A DNA stretch of 64,000 nucleotides from Terriglobia bacterium (GCA_963695545.1 OY968796.1:800001-864000); one strand, 5' to 3'; numbered from the stretch's first letter, positions 20,526 through 30,753 are shown. Numbers and translations: made by a program. Notes: a model not told the origin generated them from the letters alone.

Positions 20526-20682
20526 TTCCTCCCATCAATTAATATTCACGGGCGCCACGGACAAACGACAAGCATTCTTCCCGCGAAATCTCCGCTTGTC
20601 GGAGACTTTCAATCTCTCATTGTATGCGCGGAGCGGGATTCCGAAAAGCGCGAAGGCGCTTCCGTCTCTCGATGGATTTGCT

Positions 20683-21342
20683 TTAGGAACGAACGCGAGC
20701 TTTCAGGCTGGCCTTGCCGCCCTTCACTTCGATGCGGTACTCGACTTCGCGGCACGATTTCTGTTTCTGGAGTTGCTCGGTCTTTTGGCGGATGAACTCG
20801 CGGAACTGGTCGAGTGTCAAACGCCCCGCGGTTTCGCCCGTATCGTGCTGCGCGCGCGCATACGCATCGAACAGGCCGCGCACGATTGCCGTCTCGGCGT
20901 CAGGGTCCGAGACGGTCGCCGCGAAAGACGCCGGCCGTTTTGGTTGTTTTTGCTCTTTCTGAAGTTCTTGTTCTATTTCCTCTACTTGGCGCACGGGTTG
21001 CCGTGCGGGCTCTCGCGCAGCGGCCCGGGCTCGCTCGGCCTCAAGCGCCTTGGCCGCGGCGCCAAAATGATGTTCGACGACGCCTTCCTCTTTCTGCTGC
21101 ATCCGCTTGTGAAACATCTGGCGATATTTCGAGTAAGTCATCGCCAGCGTGGCATAGCGAAACCGCTGTCCCGAATTCATGTTCGTTCCGCGCTCGGAAT
21201 AGCGCTTCATCACCAGATCGATTCGCCATTCGGTGTCCGCGGGCGGACGTTTCTTCCCCCCGCCGAAATACTGCTCGAATTCGATCTTGAACGTGCGGAT
21301 GTCTCGTTCAAGCTGGTTCAGGTCTTCTTCAGTAGTGGCCAT
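20683..21342 (-). CDS. Hypothetical protein resembling MXAN_5187 C-terminal domain proteins
   Basis: EFEQYFGGGKKRPP N-terminus and VKGGKASLKA C-terminus; family assignment from memory. Confidence 0.65.
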   Translation of the reverse strand: MATTEEDLNQLERDIRTFKIEFEQYFGGGKKRPPADTEWRIDLVMKRYSERGTNMNSGQRFRYATLAMTYSKYRQMFHKRMQQKEEGVVEHHFGAAAKALEAERARAAAREPARQPVRQVEEIEQELQKEQKQPKRPASFAATVSDPDAETAIVRGLFDAYARAQHDTGETAGRLTLDQFREFIRQKTEQLQKQKSCREVEYRIEVKGGKASLKARVRS

Positions 21343-21523
21343 AAGAGAGGGTGATACGCACTTTCGATCGTAGTGCCCTCCGCAACCTTGGTCAATCCAG
21401 CTAACGTACCACCGTGTACAACCTGCCACGCATGTCCCGCCCTCGTCCGCTCCCGGTCCCGGTCGCCAGCCTCACCAGCCGCCTCTGCGATCGGGTATAT
21501 TGCCCGCTGGGAGGAAATTAAAG

Positions 21524-22573
21524 ATGCCTCAATTTCCGGCGGCGATTGGCAATGTTTCCCGGAACGGAGCCCTCACCGAAATGGCCATGGGCTATTCGCG
21601 CAGTCGAATTTTGTGCGCCGCCGCCCGTTTGGGTGTCGCGGACGCCCTCGGCGGCAACGAGCGCTCCGTCGCCGAGATCGCCGCAGCTTGCGGCGCCCAG
21701 CCATCATCTCTATATCGCCTGCTGCGCGCCCTCGCCAGCTTCGGCATCGTCGCCGAGCGTGCGCCGGAGCGCTTCGTCCTGACTCCACTCGGCCAGCCGC
21801 TGTGTAAAGACGCCCCGAATTCAGAATGGGCTGCGGTCATATTCTGGGCGGACCTTCTTGCCGACAGTTGGTGCTACATGACCGAGTGCGTCCGTACCGG
21901 AGACAAGGCCGCCCTGATCATGGAGCGCGAGGGAATTGCATCGCGTTGGTCGAAGGATCCGAACGCCAATGCCATCTTCCGTGCCGTCATGGGCACAGCG
22001 CCCGCGGAAGATTACATGCCCATCGCGCGCGCTTGGGATTTCTCGCGATGCCGCACCGTCGCCGACCTTGGAGGCGGCGGGGGTGCTCTGATTGCCGCAG
22101 TCCTCGAAGCTTTTCCCCACTTGCGCGGAATGCTAGTGGATCGCGAGAACGCTATCGATGGAGCGAGATCCCGTTTCGAGTCGGGGGGACTTGCCGAGCG
22201 ATGCGCGCTTCTCGCCGCCGATTTGTGCGTCTCCGTCCCGGCCGGAGCCGACGTTTACATCATGAAACATGTGCTCCACGGATACGACGATGCGCGTGCG
22301 CTCGAGATCCTCGGTCACTGCCGGTCTGTTCTGCCGGCCGACGGCCGTCTCTTGGTCATCGAATTTGTTCTGCCGGACGTCGTCGATCACGCCGACGAGG
22401 GACTCGAACGCCGCTTGATGAGCGACCTAAATATGCTGGCCGTCACCGGAGGCAAAGAGCGCAGCGCCGCCGAGTGGAAAACGCTGTTGCGCAGCGCCGG
22501 CTTTGAGCGCCCGGGCATCATCCCCGTCCCTGGCGAGTTGGTCTCGATCATCGAAGCGGCTCCGCGCGGTTGA
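21524..22573 (+). CDS. SAM-dependent O-methyltransferase (dimerisation + methyltransf_2)
   Basis: LYRLLRAL dimerisation helix, ADLGGGGG SAM motif, KHVLH, GGKERSAAEW; SD GGAGG. Confidence 0.9.
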   Translation: MPQFPAAIGNVSRNGALTEMAMGYSRSRILCAAARLGVADALGGNERSVAEIAAACGAQPSSLYRLLRALASFGIVAERAPERFVLTPLGQPLCKDAPNSEWAAVIFWADLLADSWCYMTECVRTGDKAALIMEREGIASRWSKDPNANAIFRAVMGTAPAEDYMPIARAWDFSRCRTVADLGGGGGALIAAVLEAFPHLRGMLVDRENAIDGARSRFESGGLAERCALLAADLCVSVPAGADVYIMKHVLHGYDDARALEILGHCRSVLPADGRLLVIEFVLPDVVDHADEGLERRLMSDLNMLAVTGGKERSAAEWKTLLRSAGFERPGIIPVPGELVSIIEAAPRG

Positions 22574-22609
22574 AGAGGTCCCGGCTCCTCCAATTTCCTG
22601 GTCGCCTTC

Positions 22610-22801
22610 CTACTGCTCGGCGCCGTCCGCCTTGATATGAATTCGACTCCCCGTTTGTTGGTTCACGATGAAGCACTCGCCGCCCGAGGTGGCGGCTAGC
22701 TGTTTCACCCGTGCCTTGGCGGCTTCCAGCGTTGCCGTCGATTCCAGCCACAGGACGGTGCCGCGCGGCTCCGCTTTGAAAATGTCGAACGGATCAGTCA
22801 C
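22610..22801 (-). CDS. Small hypothetical protein (63 aa)
   Basis: GTG start overlapping the upstream TGA (GTGA); globular-looking sequence FDIFKAEPRGTVLWLES. Confidence 0.6.
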   Translation of the reverse strand: MTDPFDIFKAEPRGTVLWLESTATLEAAKARVKQLAATSGGECFIVNQQTGSRIHIKADGAEQ

Positions 22802-22992
22802 GATTTGTTGACCTCCGCGATTGACCGCGCCCGCTTCCAACTGGTGCCCGCCTCCAAGAGGAACTGCGCCGATTTCTTTTGCGTGGTCTCCCGGAGCTGC
22901 TCGCTCGCCTTCTGGCGCACGGCTTCTGTTTCCACGATCGCCGTCACTGTCTCCAGCGCCACCTGCTCGAAATGTGTCTTCTGCTGAAGCAT
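22798..22992 (-). CDS. Small hypothetical protein (64 aa)
   Basis: SD GAAGGAGG before ATG; KTHFEQV N-terminus; coupled to downstream ORF. Confidence 0.6.
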   Translation of the reverse strand: MLQQKTHFEQVALETVTAIVETEAVRQKASEQLRETTQKKSAQFLLEAGTSWKRARSIAEVNKS

Positions 22993-23169
22993 TGCGACCC
23001 TCCTTCAAACATTCCGACGCTAACAGGCCCAAGGTCATACGGGTCAGATCTTTAAAAGTCCGAACTTTGTCCTTAGCCTGACTTCAGCCGCTCGCTTGGC
23101 GATGCGGGGGCGGTCTCGCTCCGAGCCGGGCCACCCCTGCACACCTGTTTTAGGGAACGATTATTTTAC

Positions 23170-23198
23170 TTGCACGGCTTGCTACGACCGGATACGAT
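23170..23198 (+). promoter_or_regulatory. Sigma70-type promoter
   Basis: TTGCAC, 17 nt, TACGAT upstream of ATG 23239. Confidence 0.45.
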
Positions 23199-23238
23199 AA
23201 CGCCACGTTTGTTTAGCGTCTCATCGACGGAGGATGAA

Positions 23239-23523
23239 ATGGGAACCGCTCAAGCCAAAAGCGCGCCGCTGCACTTCAAGACCATGATTCAGTCCGATGT
23301 GCCGCAAGGTCGAAACGGCAAGCACAAATTGATCGTCACCACGATCTTGAAAGACCTCGACGGTCTGAAGACTGGCTCGGCAATTAAGGTCCCATTGGCT
23401 CAATTGATGCAGTCCAAAGAAAAGGTTCGTTCCGCGCTGAATCGCGCGACTCGGAAAAGCGGACGTAAAGTAGCTACCGCCAGCGACGCGACGTTCCTGT
23501 ATGTTTGGAACATCAGCGACTAG
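23239..23523 (+). CDS. Small basic hypothetical protein, possibly nucleic-acid binding
   Basis: SD GGAGGA; 94 aa, Lys/Arg-rich (KVRSALNRATRK). Confidence 0.7.
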   Translation: MGTAQAKSAPLHFKTMIQSDVPQGRNGKHKLIVTTILKDLDGLKTGSAIKVPLAQLMQSKEKVRSALNRATRKSGRKVATASDATFLYVWNISD

Positions 23524-23676
23524 CGGTCTCGCTTTGCGATTCCCCCAACCGTTCATCTTGAAAGCTACATCTAGGTTCTGATTGACCTGAGTGTCGAAAA
23601 CTCGCCCGCGAATCGTGCGCCCGCAACTTGACTTCGTCTGAAAGCGACGCCTAGACTCAAAAATTCGGCTTCGCCT

Positions 23677-24312
23677 ATGGAACATACTGAGGGCAAGATC
23701 GTCGTTTTGGGCGTCACCGGCGCTTCGGGAGCGATCTTGGCGCAGGCCGCGCTGCGCAAACTCGAAGCCGATACGCGCGTCTCTCGCATTCACTTGGTGC
23801 TCACCGAAACCGGCGCGCGTCTGATCGCGCACGAACTCGGCATCGTTGCCGGCGATGCGAAAGACATGCCGTCGCTGCTCGCCGGCGCCCGCGCCATGAA
23901 GACCGATCTTCTGCCGAATAAAGATGTCGGCGCCGCGATCGCGTCCGGCAGCTACGCCGTAGACGCGATGCTCGTGATCCCCTGCTCGATGGGAGCGCTG
24001 GCGGCGATTGCCACCGGCATAAGCTCCGATCTTCTGTCCCGCGCTGCCGACGTGTGCCTCAAAGAAAACCGGCGCCTGGTGCTCTGCCTGCGCGAGACGC
24101 CCTTTAGCCGCATCCACATCGAAAACATGTTGCGCGCGCAGCAAGCCGGGGCCGTGATCATGCCGGTGATTCCCGCGTTCTACGATCAACCGAAAACGCT
24201 TGACGACGTGGTCGCGCAATTCGTCAATCGCGCGCTCGCGCAAATCGGATTGCCACAACTGGACGCGTTCCGCTGGGAAGGCCAGGGCAAAGGCACGGCG
24301 CGAGGGGCGTGA
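23677..24312 (+). CDS. ubiX: Flavin prenyltransferase UbiX family
   Basis: GVTGASG, IASGS, PCSMG, RAADVCLKE, RETP, PAFY. Confidence 0.95.
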   Translation: MEHTEGKIVVLGVTGASGAILAQAALRKLEADTRVSRIHLVLTETGARLIAHELGIVAGDAKDMPSLLAGARAMKTDLLPNKDVGAAIASGSYAVDAMLVIPCSMGALAAIATGISSDLLSRAADVCLKENRRLVLCLRETPFSRIHIENMLRAQQAGAVIMPVIPAFYDQPKTLDDVVAQFVNRALAQIGLPQLDAFRWEGQGKGTARGA

Positions 24313-25220
24313 GCGTGAATCGCATCCGCCATGCCGGCCGGCAGGCAGGCACCGTGCTCGAAATGATCAAGTTCGAGCACTCGATCTTCACGCTTCCCTT
24401 CGCGCTCACCGCCGCGCTTCTGGCCGCGCGCTATCCGCACGCTCCAGGCGCCGTCGCGGGCTGGCCAACGGCGCGCCAATTTTTCTGGATCGTTGTGGCC
24501 ATGGTCGGCGCGCGCTCCGCCGCGATGACCGTGAACCGCATCGCGGACCTGAAGTACGATCGCGACAATCCCCGCACTGCGCAAAGGGCGCTCGTGACCG
24601 GAGCGCTTTCGGTCGGCTTCGCCTGGGGCTTCGCGCTTGTGGCTTCGGCCGTTTTGGTGGTGGCCGCGTGGCAACTCAATCGTCTCGCGCTCGAACTTTC
24701 TCCGGTCGCTCTGGCGCTGGTGTTCTTTTATTCCTACACCAAGCGATTCACCGCGTGGTCGCATCTTGTGCTGGGTCTGTGCATGGGAATTTCGCCCGCC
24801 GCGGCATGGATCGCCGTGGCCGGTTCGTTCGATCCGCGTATTCTGTTGCTGTGCGCCGCCGTCACGCTTTGGGGCGGCGGCTTCGACGTGCTCTACGCCT
24901 GCCAGGATGTCGAATTCGATCGCCGCGTTGGCCTCTACTCGATTCCGAAGCGCTTCGGCGTCGCGCGCGCTCTGGACATCGCGCGCGGCATGCATGTCCT
25001 GATGACGCTGCTGCTCGTGTGCCTCGCGGCCGCGTTTCATCTGGCGTGGCCGGCGTGGGCCGGAATCGCGGTGATCGCGGCGCTTTTGACTTACGAACAT
25101 TCTCTGGTGCGCGCCAACAATCTCACTCGCGTCAATGCTGCGTTTTTCACGGTGAACGGCTATATTAGTATTCTGTTCTTTCTGTTCTGGGGCGCGGCCG
25201 TATTGGTCGGCCGCCGGTAG
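24309..25220 (+). CDS. mqnP: UbiA-like polyprenyltransferase of the futalosine pathway
   Basis: IKFEHSIF.LPFA, NRIAD..YD..NPRT, YSYTKRFT, FDVLYACQD; between ubiX and mqnE. Confidence 0.85.
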   Translation: MSVNRIRHAGRQAGTVLEMIKFEHSIFTLPFALTAALLAARYPHAPGAVAGWPTARQFFWIVVAMVGARSAAMTVNRIADLKYDRDNPRTAQRALVTGALSVGFAWGFALVASAVLVVAAWQLNRLALELSPVALALVFFYSYTKRFTAWSHLVLGLCMGISPAAAWIAVAGSFDPRILLLCAAVTLWGGGFDVLYACQDVEFDRRVGLYSIPKRFGVARALDIARGMHVLMTLLLVCLAAAFHLAWPAWAGIAVIAALLTYEHSLVRANNLTRVNAAFFTVNGYISILFFLFWGAAVLVGRR

Positions 25221-25235
25221 TCGGCACGCACGAAA

Positions 25236-26387
25236 ATGACGGCCGAACTTCAAATCTCGGATGCGCGTCTCAAACCGATCGCCGACAAAATTCTCGCCGG
25301 AGAACGCCTCGATTTCGACGACGGCATCGCGCTCTATCGCACGAACGATCTGCTGGCCCTCGGCTGGCTCGCGAACAGCGTGCGCGAAAAACGCCACGGC
25401 AGCATCTGCTACTTCAACGTGAATCGCCACATCAATCCCACCAACGTCTGCGTGGCCCACTGCCGCTTGTGCGCTTTCGGCCGCAGCCCGGACGCGCCGG
25501 GCGCCTACACGTTTGCTCTCGAAGAAATCTACCAGCGTGCCGAAGCCGGCATGCGCGAAGGCGCCACGGAATTTCACATGGTCGGCGGGCTGCATCCGGA
25601 TTTGCCGTTTGAATATTTTCTCGATCTGATGCGCGGCTTGAAGCAGCGCTGCCCCAGCGTGCATTTGAAAGCCTTCACCATGGTTGAGGTCGGCTACTTC
25701 GCGCGCATCGCCAAGCTTTCGATTCGCGACACGCTCCTTGCGCTCAAGCAGGCCGGAGTCGATTCCCTGCCCGGCGGCGGCGCCGAAATTTTCCATCCGC
25801 GCGTGCGCAAAATAATTTGCGATCATAAAGTCAGCGGCCAGCAGTGGCTTTCGATCGCGCGCACCGCGCATCAGATCGGCCTGCGCTCAAACGCGACCAT
25901 GCTGTATGGCCACATCGAAACCGAAGAAGAGCGCGTCGGGCATTTGCTTCTGCTGCGCGAATTGCAGGACGAAACGCACGGCTTCGTGGCTTTTATTCCG
26001 CTCGCGTTTCATCCGGAAAATACCGCGCTCGCGCATCTTCCGAAGCCCACGGCGTTTGCTGACATAAAAGCTATCGCCGTCTCGCGGCTCCTACTGGATA
26101 ATTTCGATCACATCAAAGCGTATTGGATCATGCTCACGCCGAAAGTCGCGCAGATCGCGCTGCGATTCGGCGCCGACGATCTTGACGGCACAGTCGTCGA
26201 AGAAAAGATTTATCACGATGCCGGCGCCACAACCGAGCAGTTCACTTCGCGCGCCGATCTCGAGCGCCTGATCCGCGAAGCCGGCCGCACGCCCGTCGAG
26301 CGCGACACGCTCTATCGCCCCGTGGACCGCTCGAAAATGCCGCCGCCCGGCCCGCGCCCCGACGTCACGCTCACGCTGAACGTTTAA
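25236..26387 (+). CDS. mqnE: Aminofutalosine synthase (radical SAM)
   Basis: NRHINPTNVCVAHCRLCAF, PGGGAEIF, NATMLYGHIET, HIKAYW, ERDTLY. Confidence 0.92.
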   Translation: MTAELQISDARLKPIADKILAGERLDFDDGIALYRTNDLLALGWLANSVREKRHGSICYFNVNRHINPTNVCVAHCRLCAFGRSPDAPGAYTFALEEIYQRAEAGMREGATEFHMVGGLHPDLPFEYFLDLMRGLKQRCPSVHLKAFTMVEVGYFARIAKLSIRDTLLALKQAGVDSLPGGGAEIFHPRVRKIICDHKVSGQQWLSIARTAHQIGLRSNATMLYGHIETEEERVGHLLLLRELQDETHGFVAFIPLAFHPENTALAHLPKPTAFADIKAIAVSRLLLDNFDHIKAYWIMLTPKVAQIALRFGADDLDGTVVEEKIYHDAGATTEQFTSRADLERLIREAGRTPVERDTLYRPVDRSKMPPPGPRPDVTLTLNV

Positions 26388-26616
26388 TCTCACAATCCTC
26401 GCATTGCGTTCGCCGCGCTCCGCGCATCCGCCACGCATTCTCGGCACGCGCAAATACTCATTGACGCCGCACGCCCGCTTGGTGCAATCTCCGGCCATCG
26501 CTTCCTCCAAGCCGCATCGATGACCGCGTGATCTGGTTTGCGGAAATTCGCTTGGAAGAATCGATCCCGTTCGCGCTCAATTTTAGAAACTCGACCCCCT
26601 GTGGAGGTGGGTACGC

Positions 26617-27561
26617 ATGAAGCGATGTCTTTTCCCCGCACTCGCTGCGCTTTCCCTGTGCCTTGCGGCCTCGGTAACCGTCCGAGCCCAAGACGCCGGC
26701 TCGATGCCAAACATGGCATCCGGCCAGATGTCCAGCCGGAATTCCAGCATGCCCGCGCCGCCGAACATCCTGATGATCGAGACGGACAACATCAAGCCCT
26801 ACAGCACGACTCCGTACGATAAAGTCGCCGCGGAGTACGTCGCCGTCGCGCGAAAGGCCAATCTGCCCGGCAGCGTAATCGCCATGGAAGCGCTCTCCGG
26901 CCCGAACCGCGCGCAGTACCTGTTCGCCCATGATTCCTTCGACGACATGCAACAGCAAGAAGACATCACCATGAAGGACGCCACCGCGACGGCGGCATTC
27001 GCGCACCTCGACAGCCTCGAGAACCCGTACGTCGCCGAAGTGCACAACGTGATCTGGCACTACCGCGAAGACCTCAGCAACAACGCCGCGGGCGCCGACA
27101 TTGCGCACTGCCGCTACTGGGAAACAATCGTCTTCCACATCAAGCCCGGCCACGACCAGCAGTTTGAGGAAAATGCAAAGATGTACCGCGATGCCTACGC
27201 CAAGATCGGCGTCAACCTCCCTTGGGCGACCTTTGAAGCCGAAATGGGCGCCACCGATTCCTACGTCGTGATTCTTCCGATGAAGTCGCTTAAGGAAGAA
27301 GACGAGGGACTCGCGCGCCAAAAAACGGTCATGGACGCGTTCGGCAGCGACGGCATGCATCACCTCGAGGAGACCGCCCGCGACGCTTACGCCAGTGTGG
27401 AAGATACACTCTGGGAAGTGAATCCCAAGACCAGCTACGTGACCAAGGAAATGATGGCCGCCAATCCGGACTTCTGGAATCCGAAACCCGCGGCCCCGAT
27501 GACCAAGGGCACAATGGTCAAGCCGGCGATGAAGCCCGCGCCGAAACCTGCCACTCCGTAG
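26617..27561 (+). CDS. Secreted hypothetical protein, probably two ferredoxin-like (NIPSNAP-like) domains
   Basis: Signal peptide; two similar halves (NIKPY... and HIKPGH...); SD GGAGG; downstream terminator. Confidence 0.7.
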   Translation: MKRCLFPALAALSLCLAASVTVRAQDAGSMPNMASGQMSSRNSSMPAPPNILMIETDNIKPYSTTPYDKVAAEYVAVARKANLPGSVIAMEALSGPNRAQYLFAHDSFDDMQQQEDITMKDATATAAFAHLDSLENPYVAEVHNVIWHYREDLSNNAAGADIAHCRYWETIVFHIKPGHDQQFEENAKMYRDAYAKIGVNLPWATFEAEMGATDSYVVILPMKSLKEEDEGLARQKTVMDAFGSDGMHHLEETARDAYASVEDTLWEVNPKTSYVTKEMMAANPDFWNPKPAAPMTKGTMVKPAMKPAPKPATP

Positions 27562-27588
27562 GCGAAAATTATTTCTAACCAGCATCGG

Positions 27589-27625
27589 GGGCGTCTCGAT
27601 CTCTCGGGGCGCCCTTTCTTATTTT
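27589..27625 (+). terminator. Rho-independent terminator
   Basis: 11-bp stem GGGCGTCTCGA/TCGGGGCGCCC (two G-U pairs), 4-nt loop, then TTTCTTATTTT; between convergent genes. Confidence 0.75.
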
Positions 27626-27672
27626 CACGTCTCATTTCACGCGCGACTCCGAACGGGAAAAACGCCGCATCG

Positions 27673-29040
27673 CTATGCGCACACCGCGCCCGATGCATCC
27701 CGCGCGTTGCGGCGCGGCAGAAAGGCTTGCGCCACGAGTAGCGCGTAAAACGGCGCATACGTCAGCCATTGCAGCGCGGTATCGAATCGCCATTCGCCCA
27801 AAATGCGATAAGGAATCAAAACGTTATACGAGAGACACACGAGCACCGTGAGCAGCAGCCAAGCTGTGTTCGGAAAAAAACAGAGCAGCGGCACGATCCA
27901 CGTGAAGTACCAGGGATAACCATTCGGCGCGAAGAGCAGGATCGCGCCCACGACAAGAAACGCCGCGCGCGCCGGATCCGCCCGCCGCGCCGCCAGCCAC
28001 AGCGCGAGACTCGCCACAACCACGCGTCCCGCCATCACCGCGAAACCATGCGAGCCCGAAGCCCATCGCAACACCGAATACAAGCTCGCATTGTTGTTCT
28101 GCCAAGCTGGCAAATAATATGCGTGCATAGTGCGCGCAAAGTCCGCCCATCCCGCGCGATAGGGCCACGCACACGCGAGGCCGACGGCTGCGGCAGCGGC
28201 CGCGGCGATCCATCCGCGCAGCCGACGCGGCCATCCCGCGCGCACGACCCATAGCGGCAGCAGCGCCGCCGGGAAGAATTTGGCCATGGCCCCGGCCGCC
28301 AGCGCCATCGTTGACACGATGGGACGCCTCCGTATAATCAGGATGGCGGCGACTAACGCGGCCACGGCCAGCGAATCGTTGTGGCCGCTGCCGGCGAATT
28401 CGACGATCACCAGGGGGTTCCAGGCGTAAATGGCCAAACGGGAAATCCTTTGGCCGGTCTCGCGGACCCAGACCCCGAGCATTCCGACGACAGCCAGGTC
28501 GGCTAGAACGAATGGTAATTTGAAGCCGACCGGCCCAGGCAACAAGCGCCACGTCGCGCGGAACACGAGCTCCAATAGAGGCGGATAGACGGTGGGCAAT
28601 TCGTGGGCGGGCATGATCTGCCATCCGCCGGCCGAGGAATTGCGCAAAGATTCGACCCGTGGGTCGTCCGGGCGCATCGAATAGGGGTTCCAGCCGGCGG
28701 CTTGGACTTGGGCGTCCCAGCGATAGCGGTAGAGGTCGGTTGAGAGCGTGGGCGCGAGCGGCAGAAGCGTCAGGCGAAAGGCCAGCGCGCCGAGCAGCAC
28801 GAGAAAGAATCCGGCGCGGGAGTCACGCAAATGTTCGAGCGCGTACAACGCGATGAAATAAACGACGCCAGCCGCAAGCGCGAGCGAGATGAAGCCGACG
28901 ACGTGCGCGGAGAGATCGCGCAAGCGCGCGACGCGGAGGAAGATGGCTTCCAGCGCGGCGAGCAGAAGCAAAGCCGCGACGGCTTGACCTCGCGGGAGGT
29001 TCGGCGCGTGGCCGGGCAAGCGATGATCGGAATTCAGCAC
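27673..29040 (-). CDS. Integral membrane GT-C glycosyltransferase (GT87-like)
   Basis: STDLYRYRWD, TVYPP, YAWNPL..EFAGSGHND, PWY; many TM helices. Confidence 0.85.
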   Translation of the reverse strand: MLNSDHRLPGHAPNLPRGQAVAALLLLAALEAIFLRVARLRDLSAHVVGFISLALAAGVVYFIALYALEHLRDSRAGFFLVLLGALAFRLTLLPLAPTLSTDLYRYRWDAQVQAAGWNPYSMRPDDPRVESLRNSSAGGWQIMPAHELPTVYPPLLELVFRATWRLLPGPVGFKLPFVLADLAVVGMLGVWVRETGQRISRLAIYAWNPLVIVEFAGSGHNDSLAVAALVAAILIIRRRPIVSTMALAAGAMAKFFPAALLPLWVVRAGWPRRLRGWIAAAAAAAVGLACAWPYRAGWADFARTMHAYYLPAWQNNNASLYSVLRWASGSHGFAVMAGRVVVASLALWLAARRADPARAAFLVVGAILLFAPNGYPWYFTWIVPLLCFFPNTAWLLLTVLVCLSYNVLIPYRILGEWRFDTALQWLTYAPFYALLVAQAFLPRRNARDASGAVCA

Positions 29041-29090
29041 GAAATGGCCGGTCCGCGCGGCCTGCGATTTTCAGGAGCAGCGTAGCGACG

Positions 29091-30731
29091 ATGAGACATC
29101 TGTTTCATCTCGGAGTTCTGGCGGCCGCGCAAGGGCCGCTGGCGAACTATTGGTCGAAGCTGACTGACGCGAATCGCAATCCGTTCCGCGGCCTTTATCA
29201 GATGAATGCGTTCGACCTGTGGCTGACGATCCCGTACTTCACGGTGTTGATCGTGCTCGCGGCGTTCGGGCTGCACCGCTACTGGTTGGTGTACCACTAT
29301 TTCAAGAATCGCCGGAATGTTCCCGGCCCGCCACCCGCGGTTGAACATTGGCCCAAGGTTACCATACAGCTTCCGGTCTATAACGAGCGCTACGTGGTCG
29401 AGCGATTGATCGATTCGATCGCGCGCTTCGATTATCCGCGCGAACTGCTCGAGGTGCAGGTGCTTGACGATTCCACCGACGAATCGCAGGAAGTGGCGCG
29501 CGATTGCGTGGAGCGTTACCGCGCACTGGGATTTCCGATCCGCTATATGCATCGCGACGACCGCACGGGATTCAAGGCCGGCGCGCTGGCGTACGGACTT
29601 GAAAGCGCCAGCGGCGAATTCATCGCCATTTTCGACGCCGATTTCGTGCCCAGCCCGGATTTTCTGCTGCGCACGCTGCCTTATTTTTCGACCGACCCGA
29701 AAATCGCCATGGTGCAAACGCGCTGGACGTATCTGAATCGCGATTACTCCGCGCTTACCGAAGTCGAATCCATTTTGCTCGACGGCCATTTCATTATCGA
29801 GCACGGCGCGCGCTCGCGCAGCGGCGTCTTCTTCAATTTCAACGGCACAGCCGGCGTGTGGCGGCGCACGGCGATCGACGATGCCTGCGGCTGGCAGCAC
29901 GACACGCTCACCGAGGACACGGACCTTTCTTATCGCGCGCAACTGCGCGGCTGGCGCTTCACGTATCTGCCCGACGTCGAATGTCCCTCCGAGCTGCCCG
30001 TGGAAATGAATTCGTTCAAGACGCAACAGGCGCGCTGGGCCAAGGGGCTGATCCAAACCGCGAAGAAAATCCTGCCGCGCGTGTTGCGCTCGGACCAACC
30101 CACGGCGGTGAAGGCCGAAGCCGTGATGCATTTGACGGCGAACATCAGCTACCCGCTGATGGTGGTGCTCTCAACGCTGCTGCTGCCGGCCATGATCGTG
30201 CGGTTCTATCAAGGCTGGTTCCAGATGATGCTGATCGATTTGCCGCTGTTCATGGCGTCGAGCTTTTCGATTTCGGGATTTTATCTTTCGGCGCAACGCG
30301 CGCTTTATCCGCGCACCTGGTACCGCTCGATCCTTTACATGCCATTCGTGATGGCCGTGGGCATCGGTCTTTCGGTGCGCAATGCCAAGGCCGTGCTGGA
30401 AGCGCTGTTCGGCGTGAAATCGGATTTCGCGCGCACACCGAAATACAGCATTGAAGGACAGTCCGGCAGTTGGCGCAAAAAATCATATCGCAATCGCGCG
30501 GGCTGGATGCCGTATCTGGAAGTCTTGCTCGGCCTGTATTTCGGGGCGACGGTGCTGTACGCGATCCAGAACGAAAGTTACATCACGGTTCCGTTCCTGC
30601 TGCTCTTCGTTTGGGGTTATCTCTACACCGGATTCATGTCGCTCGGGCAAGTGTGGTTCGAGCGCTTCCGTCTGGGCACGGATGACGCGGCCGAAACCCG
30701 CCCGGCCGCGACCGGCGTCCCGAGTTTCTAG
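29091..30731 (+). CDS. Processive GT2 glycosyltransferase (cellulose-synthase-like)
   Basis: QLPVYNE, DDSTD, GFKAGAL, FDADF, TED, QQARW (D,D,D,QxxRW) with flanking TM helices. Confidence 0.92.
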   Translation: MRHLFHLGVLAAAQGPLANYWSKLTDANRNPFRGLYQMNAFDLWLTIPYFTVLIVLAAFGLHRYWLVYHYFKNRRNVPGPPPAVEHWPKVTIQLPVYNERYVVERLIDSIARFDYPRELLEVQVLDDSTDESQEVARDCVERYRALGFPIRYMHRDDRTGFKAGALAYGLESASGEFIAIFDADFVPSPDFLLRTLPYFSTDPKIAMVQTRWTYLNRDYSALTEVESILLDGHFIIEHGARSRSGVFFNFNGTAGVWRRTAIDDACGWQHDTLTEDTDLSYRAQLRGWRFTYLPDVECPSELPVEMNSFKTQQARWAKGLIQTAKKILPRVLRSDQPTAVKAEAVMHLTANISYPLMVVLSTLLLPAMIVRFYQGWFQMMLIDLPLFMASSFSISGFYLSAQRALYPRTWYRSILYMPFVMAVGIGLSVRNAKAVLEALFGVKSDFARTPKYSIEGQSGSWRKKSYRNRAGWMPYLEVLLGLYFGATVLYAIQNESYITVPFLLLFVWGYLYTGFMSLGQVWFERFRLGTDDAAETRPAATGVPSF

Positions 30732-30753
30732 CGGCAAAATCCCCGGAAGAGTG

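Noticed and set aside
23677..26387. ubiX-mqnP-mqnE as a novel pathway
   Set aside because: Ordinary part of the established futalosine menaquinone route
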